This document shows positions 1-11,648 of a stretch of DNA of 64,000 nt, one piece after another. Every line of letters begins with the position of its first letter. Position 1 is the stretch's first letter. Source of the DNA: Paraphysomonas bandaiensis (taxonomy: Eukaryota > Protista > Chrysophyceae); assembly GCA_965644295.1 (NCBI GenBank), contig CBFFRP010000145.1, positions 100,610-164,609 on the forward strand. Direction: 5' to 3'. Position numbers and translations under genes: made by a program. The notes under the pieces are model-generated. The model was not told the origin of the DNA. It saw nothing but the letters and a program-made list of their open reading frames with translations, and ran no database searches.

Positions 1-818
1 CGTGCACCTGCAATTGGCCCAAAGAAGTCTACTATCATACCGTCCGGTGCACTACACCCTTGAAATTGCAAACAGTGAACATGATGGTGTCCATTGTACA
101 CCCGGGCTTGATTAATGTTTGGACCACTAGGCCTACATACTTCAAGTGAAGTACCATCAACAAAGAGAGCTGTGTCCAATGCGGCTGCACAGAGAGGATA
201 ACCATCCCGAGCTAATTTATCCCGTATTTTAGCATTATATATCTTGAATCGTGGTTCAAAATAGGCAACATTATCAAACACAAGATAATGATTTCGAGCA
301 ACTACTTCTCCGACCATTGTATTAAAGATACGACTAATTTCATCGTAACTTCTTCCAAAATCGCCTTCCATATCAGTTAAACGAGAATAGCTTGCCATTC
401 TATGCAACATAATCAAGAAAGCCTCTTCTGGATGGCATGTCAAACCATTATTGCACACAATGACTACATTCCTATCAATACCCAGACAATCCATCAGTGG
501 TATAGCATGATTCTGATGAAAACGAAATTTCAATCGGAAGTCAGATGCACTCCAAGTGTGGATTCTTCGATTGAGATGAATTAGCGGGTTAACCAGTAAA
601 TGTGGCCCAAATGCGCATTCCTTATACCTTTCGTAGAAATGTGCTGAACAAATCAGCATAAATTGGCTCGGTAATCCATTGTTTCGCTGGCGGATAGAAA
701 CTAATAAACATGCTCCCGCCAAACGCAAATATCGCCTCCCTGAGACTCTCCTTTCGTCATTCAAACCCTCCTGTCTCTGCCGAACAGGCAAATCGCGCAA
801 AGCTAACCTTCGGTACAT
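1..818 (-). CDS. Harbinger/PIF DDE transposase (DDE_Tnp_4), 3'-truncated by the window
   Basis: Hand translation (absent from the ORF track because there is no stop in the window): MYRRLAL...FRLKFRF...EEAFLIMLHRMASYSRLTDMEGDFGRS...LFVDGTSLEVCRP...VYNGHHHVHCLQFQGCSAPDGMIVDFFGPIAG, the typical first-catalytic-Asp region of Harbinger transposases. Confidence 0.85.
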   Translation of the reverse strand, partial: MYRRLALRDLPVRQRQEGLNDERRVSGRRYLRLAGACLLVSIRQRNNGLPSQFMLICSAHFYERYKECAFGPHLLVNPLIHLNRRIHTWSASDFRLKFRFHQNHAIPLMDCLGIDRNVVIVCNNGLTCHPEEAFLIMLHRMASYSRLTDMEGDFGRSYDEISRIFNTMVGEVVARNHYLVFDNVAYFEPRFKIYNAKIRDKLARDGYPLCAAALDTALFVDGTSLEVCRPSGPNINQARVYNGHHHVHCLQFQGCSAPDGMIVDFFGPIAGA

Positions 819-985
819 TGCAATGGTTCATAATAATCAAGCTTTGCAACCCTTAAACGAATTTTATTCGTTGAGGTTAAATGTCTAAACGAAGTTCGAT
901 TCGTTTGAAAAAATATACGGGAGAAAATGACATGATACGGGAAAACGAATCGAAAACGAATCAAAAACGAGTTTCGCAACCACAC
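1..985 (-). mobile_element. PIF/Harbinger DNA transposon, 5' part (continues off the left edge of the window)
   Basis: Contains a DDE_Tnp_4-type transposase ORF. The candidate terminus reads TTA|GTGTGGTTGCGAAAC on the minus strand (TAA at 986-988 fits a Harbinger 3-bp TSD), with AAAACGA subterminal repeats. The other end is outside the window. Confidence 0.7.
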
Positions 986-2050
986 TAATATGCATCCTAC
1001 TAGACTTGATGTTATGATGTTGTTTGTGAAACTAATCGGTACTTGTTGTTGATGCATACTTCAATCAATTTTGAATGAATGTGGTGATAGTAACATACAT
1101 CACCAATGATGGTTCAGAGAATGAGTTCGAGAATAGTTGTGACTACCTAAGCAGTAGGTAGCCTTTATGTAGCAGCGTAGTGGGTTTAGTTATCATACGA
1201 TCTTAATGACTAGTACTAAATGAGGTATCTACACAAGTGTATAATTACTGAGTAACGATACTACTATATTGCATATGTTCCCTAGCCCTGATTAAGAGAA
1301 TGGATAAGATTATTATCTTGAACCTGGACATTTGTCCTTCTCAAGCTATTCTGCATATCAAGAAACCATGCTCCGTTTTCTTCAAACTCAAACTTAAAGC
1401 CAGGAAAAATTCCTACCAACTTGCTTTCAGGTTAATCCTCTTCCCCTTGAACTAGAGGTAGCATTTGTTGCAAGATGTCAACGCGAGCTTGCAAATATTT
1501 GCAATCTTACTGTGCCTTCTCCAATTTCTTGCTCTCTCTTGCGAACCTCTACTTGTATAGCTTTAACTCTTTATATACATCATTTCTATCAAGCCTCTTT
1601 CTTACAGGGCCTCAATGAGGCTCACTATCTGAACAAAATTTGCAAATCATCCTCTTTTGGTGCAGTGGTAATGAGATATTTGAAATTGTGAATGCTTTTC
1701 AGATTGACAGGACTTTTTAAACTTTGAAAATTCAAAAAAGCCGCATCTTGAACAGGCATGTACAAATTCAAATTCAAATTCTGCTCGTTCCCACTGATAG
1801 ACTAATCATGAATACTATGCAATGGAATAATATCAAGTAAGTTGATATTATACGATGCATAGTTCTTATGATTGCACTGACTCACAGTTGAACTGCTGCT
1901 GATGCATGAGAAATGGGTCCTGTACTTCATAGAATACTACAACTACGGCTGGAATACAGACAATCAGTATCCTCCAGCACATGCAGCAGGATGCCGCTAG
2001 AGTCGCTCCATGAGGATACAAACAATCTTCAGTGTTCTCAAGTTTTTAAT

Positions 2051-3010
2051 ATGATGCAACTGTTTATACCGCTAACTCTCTGTGCAGGTCTTGCTGGTGC
2101 AGCCAAAGACGACCCTGAGGCATTCACAGGCCCATACGCCACTAAGTTGGCAGTGTTTCCACTGGATTCCGACATTAAGAACCCGGAAGAAGACAAGGTG
2201 TCGGTATGGTACCCTTCAGGCTATATGAACGACGGAGAGAAGAGTTTCAATGACTCTGTAAAATTCAAATTTATCTCTTACGCGCACGGTATGTTCGGCG
2301 GTGGCATTCTTGATGTCCCTGCATACGATGAACTCTTGAGCGCAATGGCGTCTTTTGGATACATTATTGGTGCAACCCACCAATGTGATGTGGGATGTTT
2401 CGATGATTGCATGAGCTTGCCACATGATCCTCCATGTTTTGGACACTATTATAAGAAACAGCTCGCTGTGTTTGACTGGGCCAAGAAATGCTCCGATGAC
2501 GTTAGTGATTGTGCAGAGCCTTTCATCCATGTGGACTGGTCTGATGGTGTCGGGATTGCAGGCCACAGTATGGGCGGTCAAGCAACACTTTTTTCCTCTA
2601 CTGAAGGAAATGCCTCAGCTTATGACATTCGCGCGGCGGTAATGCACCATGCCTATACACATACCTTCCCACCGCCAAGCATTCCATTTCTAGATTTTAC
2701 TAGCGAGGAGGATAGTACTGCACCACCAGATACAATGGCAGTACCTATATACACTGCAGCTGATGGGGCTGACCTTCCAAGAGGTTTAGTAGATAAGACA
2801 TACGCAGGGCACCATGAACCCGATATTACTTCAATGGACCGAAATGGTATCCAACTTTTGGCGCAGTTCTCGGCTGCTTGGTTCAAAGTATATTTGGACA
2901 AGAAAACTTCTGATTTTGGTGTTGACTTCGAGGCAATGATATATGGTTCTGGAATTGATGGAATATGCTCCGGTGGGGATGGAGCTATGACACGCTGCAC
3001 TGTTGAATGA
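2051..3010 (+). CDS. Secreted alpha/beta-hydrolase (chlorophyllase / polyesterase-cutinase-like), intronless
   Basis: Signal peptide MMQLFIPLTLCAGLAGA; oxyanion region AHGMFGG; nucleophile elbow GHSMGG; acid EEDSTAP; His in AGHHEP; C-terminal AAWFKVYL. Start placed at ATG 2051 rather than 1913. Confidence 0.8.
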   Translation: MMQLFIPLTLCAGLAGAAKDDPEAFTGPYATKLAVFPLDSDIKNPEEDKVSVWYPSGYMNDGEKSFNDSVKFKFISYAHGMFGGGILDVPAYDELLSAMASFGYIIGATHQCDVGCFDDCMSLPHDPPCFGHYYKKQLAVFDWAKKCSDDVSDCAEPFIHVDWSDGVGIAGHSMGGQATLFSSTEGNASAYDIRAAVMHHAYTHTFPPPSIPFLDFTSEEDSTAPPDTMAVPIYTAADGADLPRGLVDKTYAGHHEPDITSMDRNGIQLLAQFSAAWFKVYLDKKTSDFGVDFEAMIYGSGIDGICSGGDGAMTRCTVE

Positions 3011-3429
3011 ACGAATGAAAACCGGGAATGCATTATATTTGTACTCCACATGGCCTTGTCTGATGTGTAGGTAATCCATAGTTATTAGGGGTTACTTGTA
3101 TTTGTCGAATACGTGACGAAAAATTGCAGAGTTATGTGCAATGATGCTTGACTGACGGCAACTATGCGGTCATTCGTATTCTGTTATCCAGTTCATTTAC
3201 ACAATTCTCTGTCATCCTAGTGTGTTACAGGGCCCGATAACAATATGCTGTCAGCAAAAACAAATAATAATATAAAGACCGATAATAAATATATATATAG
3301 CTCAATCGGTAGTAACTAGGTAGTAGAGGTTACAACATGATGATGAAAACCAGACAAAGGAATTTACATAGCAGAGGCGGTCGCAGGCGTTGACTAGATA
3401 GAGGTTGCCGGCATACTAGGCCATCACAA

Positions 3430-4795
3430 TTACAAATACACTTTCTGTAAAATCAATATTTTCCATGCCACGGAACGGATTCTCACGTCAAAATATGGCA
3501 CTGCCGTCTTTCTGAAACACGCCGGCCGTACGTCACACACCCCATAATTACTGATTTTTAAACCCTTTGTGATATATGGACGCTCAAAAATACACCCCAT
3601 AATCTTGATCGCGCACCTGATTACTGGAAAGAGAGTGGTGCCTAACTTCCACATAAACTGGCTCTGACAGATTGTCTTGATTTTCCATGCGGCTCCATTT
3701 CACAGACACAAGAATCCGCCTTCCAGTGACACAAGGAGAGACCCTGGGAACTACAACGACACCCGACCTTACCAACTTGGAGTGCCGCCATTCTCAAGAG
3801 ACTATCAAGCAGAACCTGGAATGCCTCACTACCACAAGTTGAGAGATTCTGGACGGAAACAATTACCAAGGCCCAGCTGGAAAAAGTGTTTGGCGGGCAA
3901 ACACTTTTTCGTACTCTGCTTTAACCTCGCGAGGACTTCGTACTCTAGAAGTAGCAGTTGTCAAACTTCTCCAGCCGCTTAACGTTGCAGCCAAACAAAT
4001 GCTTCAAGACCGTTTGTCATTACGTTACCACACCCAGAGGGCCACATATAGAGTCTCCTCAGAATACGCCAGAAACGTAGCAACACACGATTGAAACGTA
4101 GAACACACAACTGAAACCGCTGGTTCTTCACTTACTAGGTGTAACGCAGAGACCTAGCTTACCCCACACGTCTACCTCTCTCACAATCCCTGCAAGTGTG
4201 GAAACGCCACGGTACCGTATCGGCATCCTTTGTATATTTTTGTTCAAAGATGCCTCAAATATTGAGACAACAATTATCTGTATTCCAGCCGTAGTTGTAT
4301 TTCAGAAATATTAAGTAATATTTGCTTCAATTTATTTCCGATACGACAGCCTCCGCCAGCTAATTCTCTGTCCCAGGCTCAACACGCGGCTCGCACCATA
4401 TCCAGACACGACGGCACCCCAATCCACCCCCTCGCCCATGTTTCTCAGGCTAGGTACACTCGACTCACTAATTCAGAATCCTGTGCCTCCACAGTGTCCA
4501 GCAGAGCCCTATCTCAAGGGACGCCCCCCTGACTAACCCCACCTGCACTTCCAGGACTCACGTTCATAGAGATTTTCTCCCTCACATACAAAAATGGAAA
4601 GTGGTCTCACCTTGTTGGTGCTGCGGCGACGCACAAGCAGCTTTCATAGCGTTATATAGAAGGATATGAGAAATTTTACTAGTTTTAGTTACAGGTAGAA
4701 GTCTATCTAGCTTTACTAGTTTTCATCTAACTACTTATCTGGTGCTGATTCTCGACGCCTATTGCTAATATTAAGACTTTCATATATATATGATG
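3430..4795 (+). mobile_element. Decayed retroelement-like remnant (3' part, probably non-LTR), interrupted by a MITE
   Basis: Stop-riddled coding-like sequence ending LRLGTLDSLIQNPVPPQCPAEPYLKGRPPD*, homologous to LELGALRTLIQNAEPPTKPMETHPKGRPPD near 58600-58700 (minus); shared 3' non-coding blocks at 4617-4654 and 4751-4768. No RT motif is visible, so the class is inferred and the left boundary is approximate. Confidence 0.45.
4215..4346. mobile_element. MITE of about 130 bp (Tc1/pogo-like CCGTAT termini)
   Basis: TA|CCGTATCGG ... CCGATACG(A) inverted termini; a second diverged copy lies at 12709-12839. Confidence 0.65.
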
Positions 4796-5139
4796 ATGAA
4801 ATCCCAATAACAATAATGCAGCAACTTGTACTCTAGGTATTCAACTCTTTGTCAACGTCGTCTTCATTATCGTCATGATGATTGGACGGTCCATCATCGA
4901 TGACATGTTGTATTGTCTTAGAGATCAACAAGTGTTTGTTGAAGCGAATGAAGTTAAACGCGTCGTGGGGTCATTTCTTGTCGCAAGTATGTCATGGCGT
5001 CATGATAATATATCGGATTTCACCTGCTGGGCAGAGGTTTGTCAGTGACAATGAAACAGGGAAGAAAAATATATTCGGTCAGTCTTTTGTACGAGGAGGA
5101 CAGCGTTTCGAGTAATATATGAGTTACGAGTTACGTGAT

Positions 5140-5192
5140 TATGAAGAGTAATTTATGATTAATCAAATATATTTTCAACGACACACAAGCAT
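5140..5192 (+). repeat. Dispersed repeat fragment, second copy at 49717-49769
   Basis: TATGAAGAGTAATTTATGaTTAATCAAATATATTT...ACACAAGCAT is shared with 49717-49769, and both are followed by ATTGCGAGG. Confidence 0.7.
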
Positions 5193-5716
5193 CATGAACA
5201 ATATATATCATGCATTGCGAGGTAAAATAATCATAATTATACTGTAAAAAAGTAAAAAAATTTTACTTGGACGTGGTGTATTAGAAATATATGAAGTGTA
5301 TATCAAGTCTATGAGTTGCTGTTGTCAATGAATGACTATAGCATAGGTTACAGGTACATGTATGTTGTAATCGTAAAATTTGTGTGAGCAGCAACTCGTG
5401 TAGAATTGTGGCTTCAGAAACGTACATCAAGTCAGGCATGGTATGTGCTTGAAATACTGATGGCACACTAAAAATTGAAAATCAAACAGCCGACGTCATT
5501 ACGATAACAACCAAACATAAAGTGTAGATGCACCATAGTCTACTACCTATGGAAATGAATACTGGATGGAGTTGGAGTGCAAACTAGACTGAATAAAAAT
5601 ACGTTGCAGTCCTGAAAACGCAATACACTAATAATCTAACGGTATAAATTCACAGAACGACTTTTCACAGGCACTGCTGAGGTTCACCAGTGCTGTATAA
5701 TAGTAGGACAGTCTAA

Positions 5717-6871
5717 TCAATATGTCAACGTAATTTGAACAGGAGGGTATCCCTGAAACCAAGACGTATTATTCAGAGCACAATTCATTTCGTCGATTTG
5801 ATGTATTGATAATAACATGCGGACCCAACCGGTTCCGTCGTGAAAAGAACCATCAGGTCGCCTGGTAATGCTCATATTGAGTTCGGCCCCTAGTACAGGG
5901 CCGTAAGGAGAGAAAACGTCGTATAGTAGTCGAATTGTTGCGAAAGGGGGCAGACCGCTTAACTGGGCTGACGCCTCCCTAAGCCCCGCAGGAAAGGTAA
6001 CTGCTTGAGGCGGTCCCGTGTCCACAAAGAAAGGTGTGGACAGTGTAGGAGATACAACAGCAGGGACAGCCATCCTAGGGGACGTAGGGAATGGGACGCT
6101 AATGCCTATTGCGTGTATGGGGTACGACGGGACGGAATAGGTCCACTGTCCACTTGGAATTGGGCTCAGACCTGAAGCCACACTTTCAGGTGGCCCCTCT
6201 AAGATATCACTCGAGTTTGATATGGACGGACTAATGATAGCAGGTGAGAGAGCTGGGGGAGGAGGACGAGCATAATGAACGGATATGGCCGCCCAGCCTC
6301 CCGGGAGAGTAACCCCGTGCATGGCCCGCAGGGCTGCATCACATTCTGAGGCAAGGTTATACTCTATGAATGCAATTCCCCTGGATGTCACCCGGTCAGC
6401 CTCTAGCAGCAACCGGCACTCTATTATGTCCCCATACTGCAAACAAAATTACAATATCCACGCAGTGGTATAGATATATCAACCTGTGCGAACACCTTCC
6501 GCACCTCGTCCTCTGAATATGTTCGAGGAAGTTTGGAAACGTGCAGCTTCCTGTTCTGGATGTCCTCTGGTTTGCGCCTGGCCAAGGACACTTTGAGGTG
6601 TTTGTTGCCCATCTCTAGCCCATTCTTTGCAGATATAGCGCTTGCGGCGTCTTCAGCACGATTAAATTTAACAAATCCGTAGGTGAGACTTTCGCCTGTC
6701 TCCTTATTTCTTGCAATCTTAGCTTGTAATATTTCTCCGTGTTCAGCAAACATGTTCTACACATAACTGTTACTGGCACACCACCCTCATGCCTGAACAT
6801 ACACATACCCATAAACTCGCATCATCGACATATCTAGGTAAATAATTAACAATAAGATTGCATTGATCCAT
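5717..6871 (-). CDS. ELAV/Sex-lethal-like RNA-binding protein (two clear RRMs plus a degenerate third), 2 introns
   Basis: Exon 1 MDQCNLIVNYLPRYVDDASLW (RNP2); exon 2 SLTYGFVKF (RNP1) and KLHVSKLP; exon 3 SRGIAFIEY, a Pro/Ser linker and LSGLPP..LYDVFSPYG. GT-AG introns at about 6757-6808 and 6438-6482. An upstream exon is not excluded. Confidence 0.85.
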
Positions 6872-8363
6872 AATCGAAACTCTATTAAGGGGATAATGGG
6901 ATGCTCTTCAGCCTGATGTGGTGAGATTCCCCACTGGTTGAATCAGTGAATTGTCTGGGTTGAGTTATCGTCACAGTGAGCAGATAGGGGGATTTCAGGT
7001 TAACTGTCTATCTGCCAATGAGCTGCCAGCAATCCGGATCTTTCGAATTTGTTTCGTTTTTCTACATATCTTCAGTTTCGTTGGGGATTATTTTGTAGCA
7101 CACTGCGGTATGTTATCGTGGATCTTCAACACAAAAAAATCCTTCTGGAATTCATCCCACATCAACAATGTGATCCACATTGTTGGGAGGTGACTAGGAA
7201 TTCCTACGAAAAAAATTGTAGGATTCTAAAAATCTAGGTATTTATGCACGGGTGAGATAAAAATATTGGGGCTAACTGCATAAAATATCAACAAGCAACG
7301 CACACAGAAACTTCTGCTTGCAATCATTCCTGTTGATTAAAGCAATTAGTCTATCTAGCATATTATGTTCACTTTATATAGCTTAAGCTGTCTAAACTCT
7401 AAACCGTTTATGCAGAGTGTTATGCATTAATGATAGTTTGTAGGAGGGGCCCGGGGGGTCTCCTAAAAAAACATAAATCTGCATAATTTATGCGTTTATG
7501 TATTCATGCAATTTAAAAAGAAAAAAACATAAGAGAGAAGAAAAGTAAAAAACAAAATTTGTTTTTTGTATTACCATTAGTACCTTTGAAAATGCCATTG
7601 TACCACTGTCTAGTTTCAGGACATTAGATTGTTGGTCACCCCGAGCTCTATGGTTAGGGTGGTGCTGAAACCTCAGTAGATATCGGAGAGCATGTCAGTG
7701 CAAAGCCCTCCTCATCGAAACCCCTGGATACTGGGTACAATTCATGTGTATACTGATACGTTTATTTCAGTGGAGTGATGAACCCATATCCTCAGAGGGG
7801 TATAATGTTCCATAAGTCACTTGTCTTCTTGTTACGTTAATGGGCCAGAACAAGAAAGTGTTATTAGTTTTCGTTGTTGTATGGTGCAGACGATGCGGCA
7901 ATTAAACCGAGTAGTGACATCAAGCGAGAGAGAGGATGACCGTCAGTCTTGCGGAGCACTACATCAGTACAGGGCGTGCACACGTTCACACCTCAAACTC
8001 TTGCTAGAGTTCATACGCCAGCGCCTGTTTACTACTACTAAACACTATGAGCTATGACCTAACGGCAGACTTGGTTGGGAAACGATTGAGGATAAGAGTG
8101 CAAAGCTTGAAATTATTTAGTTAAAAGTCCCTAACCCGTCAGAAACGTTCACTGTATGTTTTATGATGTTGTAAACGTACCATTTCAAACACCTTTGATC
8201 TCTAGCTTATGTAGAATTTATTATTTATTATACGTCATAAAACTTATCCTCTAACGCGTTGTGTATGTAGCATATTAAGTCTAATTTTTGCAGTTATATC
8301 AACTATACTGAAGGTATAATTGCAGATGAATAAGGTTGTAATATCAATTTAGTGTAGTTATAT

Positions 8364-8454
8364 CAGGGCTAGGAAACAATATATTGCAATACTATTGATG
8401 GAGATTTTAAACAGGCCCAACAATACAATTACAGTATATTGTTTCCTAGCCCTG
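8364..8454. mobile_element. hAT-family MITE, 91 bp
   Basis: TIRs CAGGGCTAGGAAACAATATA / TATATTGTTTCCTAGCCCTG and a perfect 8-bp TSD AGTTATAT (8356-8363, 8455-8462). A related orphan end lies at about 1265-1290. Confidence 0.9.
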
Positions 8455-9528
8455 AGTTATATCAACTTCTCCCGTTGGGATGAATTGTTTCCAACAAAAG
8501 TGTCTCGGCCATGAACTGTTCTCTCCCCTTGTTTAATTTGGAAGTTGACTTTGCGTAATAGCAAGGTATTTGTTGTAGTCATTATTCGATTACCAACGGC
8601 TTTTCTGGGTGCTTATTTGTAGTGTAGTGGTCGAATCCTTATAATGAAGCAGTACTAAAGATTAAGTCGGGCGAGTTACCTTTAGTGTACAGCATATTGA
8701 TACCTTCAATTCATATTGTGACTAGAATCTGAAATATACCCACTTATAAAGCGTATATTCAGGATTCAGGCCATAACCTCGATGCAGAATATTTTCCTCG
8801 AAGGGGGTAGAATAGCTGTCTCCTTGAAAGTAGAGAGAAGATGAGGGTATATGATCGACAGAATTAATTTCATATTTTTTAGTGAGATATACTCCTACCA
8901 CCCGGTAGAGAAATAAATTTGAGTGAAAAGTGTAGTATAGACTTTTTTCTAGCTAGTACTTACGATTTCTAAAGTACCCAATAAAGTGGTGGCAGTTGAG
9001 GGTTGAGGGTACTATGTATCATATAAGCCGCCAAAAGCACAGATGACGCTAAGTTCTTGTGCCTACTCTATGTACCCACCTCCTCAAGTCATCTTGACTA
9101 TTCATGCAAATTCTAAAATAATTTAGTTGTGGTTAGTGACAAACCATGAAACATTACTCTCCCCGCTCTATGGCAAAAAATCGTGGGACTTCTCGCTATC
9201 TGGCTTGATAGTGCAGGCCTACAAGACATCAGTTTAGCCTCCTTCAGACTACTCAGCAATTCTCGTAACGGTGATTTAGTCACACATGTATTGTGTAGAT
9301 CGAGCCAGCGCTTTCTTCGCGCCACACATAAGAAATGTCATGATCCACATATATCAGGGACAATATATTTTTATAGTACATTATAAATCGAGAAAGTACA
9401 ATGAACAAGGAAATCGAATTCAGTGGTGCAGATTGAGCGTAAAATATTCTAACTAGCAACTTGTCAATAAGATATACATTCTATTAACGAATATAGGGGG
9501 AAACTGATTTCATGAATTCTGAGTGTCA

Positions 9529-10125
9529 TCAGTCATTGTCAGTCGTCAACACCTTTAATTCAAAATACCCGCTGCCTCCTGGTCCATCGTCTATTTCTCT
9601 GACGAATATACCTCCGACTATTTCAAGAATTGTAATTTCCACTGTGGTATACACTTGGCTTCCAGAGAGTAGATGGCCACCAATTGTTGCCCCCATCTTA
9701 TCAGAGCATGAAATATGGACATGCCCACTCCCCGTATAATCGGGGGTCCTGCTTTTCTGAAAATCTAAATTTCCAACTAAACTTACGATTTCGAAAGGGC
9801 CTCTCAAGAATGTTCCATCTTCCTGATCAGCATAACGAATATTGGCCGTGAGTAACGACCCGACGGCAGATACTATAGTCGCCGCAGTCATATTCTTTAC
9901 ACGAGAATATCGGTAAAGACTCTCCAACAAGTCTTCATTCGGCGCTAATCGAAGAACGTGGTGTCTGCTCTCTGTAAATTGAGCAGTCTCATGGGATAAC
10001 TCTTTAGCTTGCAGCCACATCACATCTGCTTCATCTCCTTGAATATGGTCACTACACGCACTGTGACTGCTTGAAATTAAGAAAATCGTGATAGTGACCA
10101 GTAGAGGAAACATCTTTCGATCCAT
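9529..10125 (-). CDS. PPC/DUF296 domain protein with N-terminal signal peptide, intronless
   Basis: HVLRLAPNEDLLESL, IVSAVGSL, FEIVSLVG, HVHISCSD and GGHLL are DUF296 motifs; MDRKMFPLLVTITIFLISSSHSA is a signal peptide. The upstream part of the listed 331-aa ORF looks like promoter DNA. Confidence 0.85.
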   Translation of the reverse strand: MDRKMFPLLVTITIFLISSSHSACSDHIQGDEADVMWLQAKELSHETAQFTESRHHVLRLAPNEDLLESLYRYSRVKNMTAATIVSAVGSLLTANIRYADQEDGTFLRGPFEIVSLVGNLDFQKSRTPDYTGSGHVHISCSDKMGATIGGHLLSGSQVYTTVEITILEIVGGIFVREIDDGPGGSGYFELKVLTTDND

Positions 10126-11648
10126 ATAAGCAGCACTCAACTGGAAATATATTAAGATATATACTATGTATATATATGAATATATACATATATACACAGT
10201 GCGTGCATCTACACATGCACACCTGCTACGAAGGAATACCGCATAACGTAGTACAGTGTATCCAACAATTGCACAGAGAATACAGTGCACTCGCGTTAAG
10301 ATAGCAGATATATGGTGACGAATAGCGGAATTTTGCTTGGTACGGGCTTTTTTGCATAAAACCCCTATTTTTTTGTAGAAATCTAATTTTTGTAGAAATC
10401 TAATTATGTACGCTGTGCGTATCTGTATCTGTGGAATTGCGTCTACCAGCCTAGCCGAACACTCCAACCTTCTTGCTTCAGTTACAGTGTATAGCGAACG
10501 CCGCACTGGAATGGTTCGCAGCACATTTCATTTCAACTGATAGAGCGGAGCAGTGAGCGGATACTCCTAGCGTAAGGTAACTCAGAGTGCTATTGACAGG
10601 AGTTGTATGCTGGTGATGACATTAACGGTATGCACCCAATGCATACATGATAGCATGAAGATACATCTGAGGTCATGAAGAAGTATGTGTGAATCAAGAT
10701 TTACTGCTTTCATTGCCCTATGACGATAGAAGGCATACATCAAAAGGTCCAACGGTTGGCTGGCGCCTGTAATTTGTCGTGATGGTGGTTTTCCTTAAAA
10801 AAGTGCCGTCCTTAAAAAGTGGTTTTCTAACCATCTACAAAGGATTTCTACCCCCAGATGTACGAATTACGACTGACTCGGTAGTCATATCACTTCCTGG
10901 ACTGTTTACTAGAGAACTATATATTATATATTGTCAATAAATTAGAACAATAAATGTATGTCTTGTGGAGTATAGACGACGATGTGAGTATCATACACTC
11001 GATATAAAGAAGTTGTGACTTCTGTGAAATCACTTGTAATATTTTCCTTAATTTATAATGTCTTCTGCAGACACATGACATATAATTTAGGTTTTTATCC
11101 ACTTGACATTGTGTATTATGTATTAGACAACCTACCTCAATGTATATAGTGGTACGATTATGAAAGCAATACAATTACACTTATATAGTGAATAAATAGT
11201 AGTTTCATGTTGTACATGATAGTCATTATAGAACAGCACAAAGACAATGATTTATAGATAATAGGCTTTCTCTAATTAAATATAAGCTATTCAACTCCAC
11301 GAATACTACGCAGTATTGTTCTATTGATCACCCAATTCAATACTATGAGATTACTGCCAAATACTAATAATGCAGTGAAATAGTAAATATTTTATTAATT
11401 GTATTCGGAAAATTAGGACTGGCAAATACTCATGTGATACTGCCTTGCGCTCTAGCGCTGGAGGAGTCTGCGACTTCAAAAGCTTGATCATGCCAACAAA
11501 CACAAAGACTGAAGCGGTATCTCCAATTAAGCTCCATTCGATATATAAAATTCATATTATTTTATAACTAATATAAACTACCAATACGAGAAAACACACA
11601 GTCGCATCATAATTTCCTCTGCAGCATGCAATCATGGGACTTACGATC

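Noticed and set aside
1290-1800. Coiled-coil gene on the minus strand
   Set aside because: Multiple stops and no diagnostic motif; probably a decayed TE fragment that cannot be classified.
3223-3337. Solo LTR (TGTT...AACA)
   Set aside because: No matching TSD and no second copy in the window.
3338-4810. Hammerhead ribozymes or C/D boxes at TGATGATGAAA (about 3338 and 4791)
   Set aside because: No CUGAnGA core with flanking helices and no paired D box; more likely simple-repeat tails.
7620-9340. Short ORFs (7821-8057, 9113-9386) as genes
   Set aside because: Non-ATG starts, stops in all frames and no recognisable family; at most old pseudogene or TE debris.
10126-10524. N-terminal extension of the 331-aa DUF296 ORF
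   Set aside because: Non-ATG start and promoter-like low-complexity sequence; a clean signal peptide begins at 10125.
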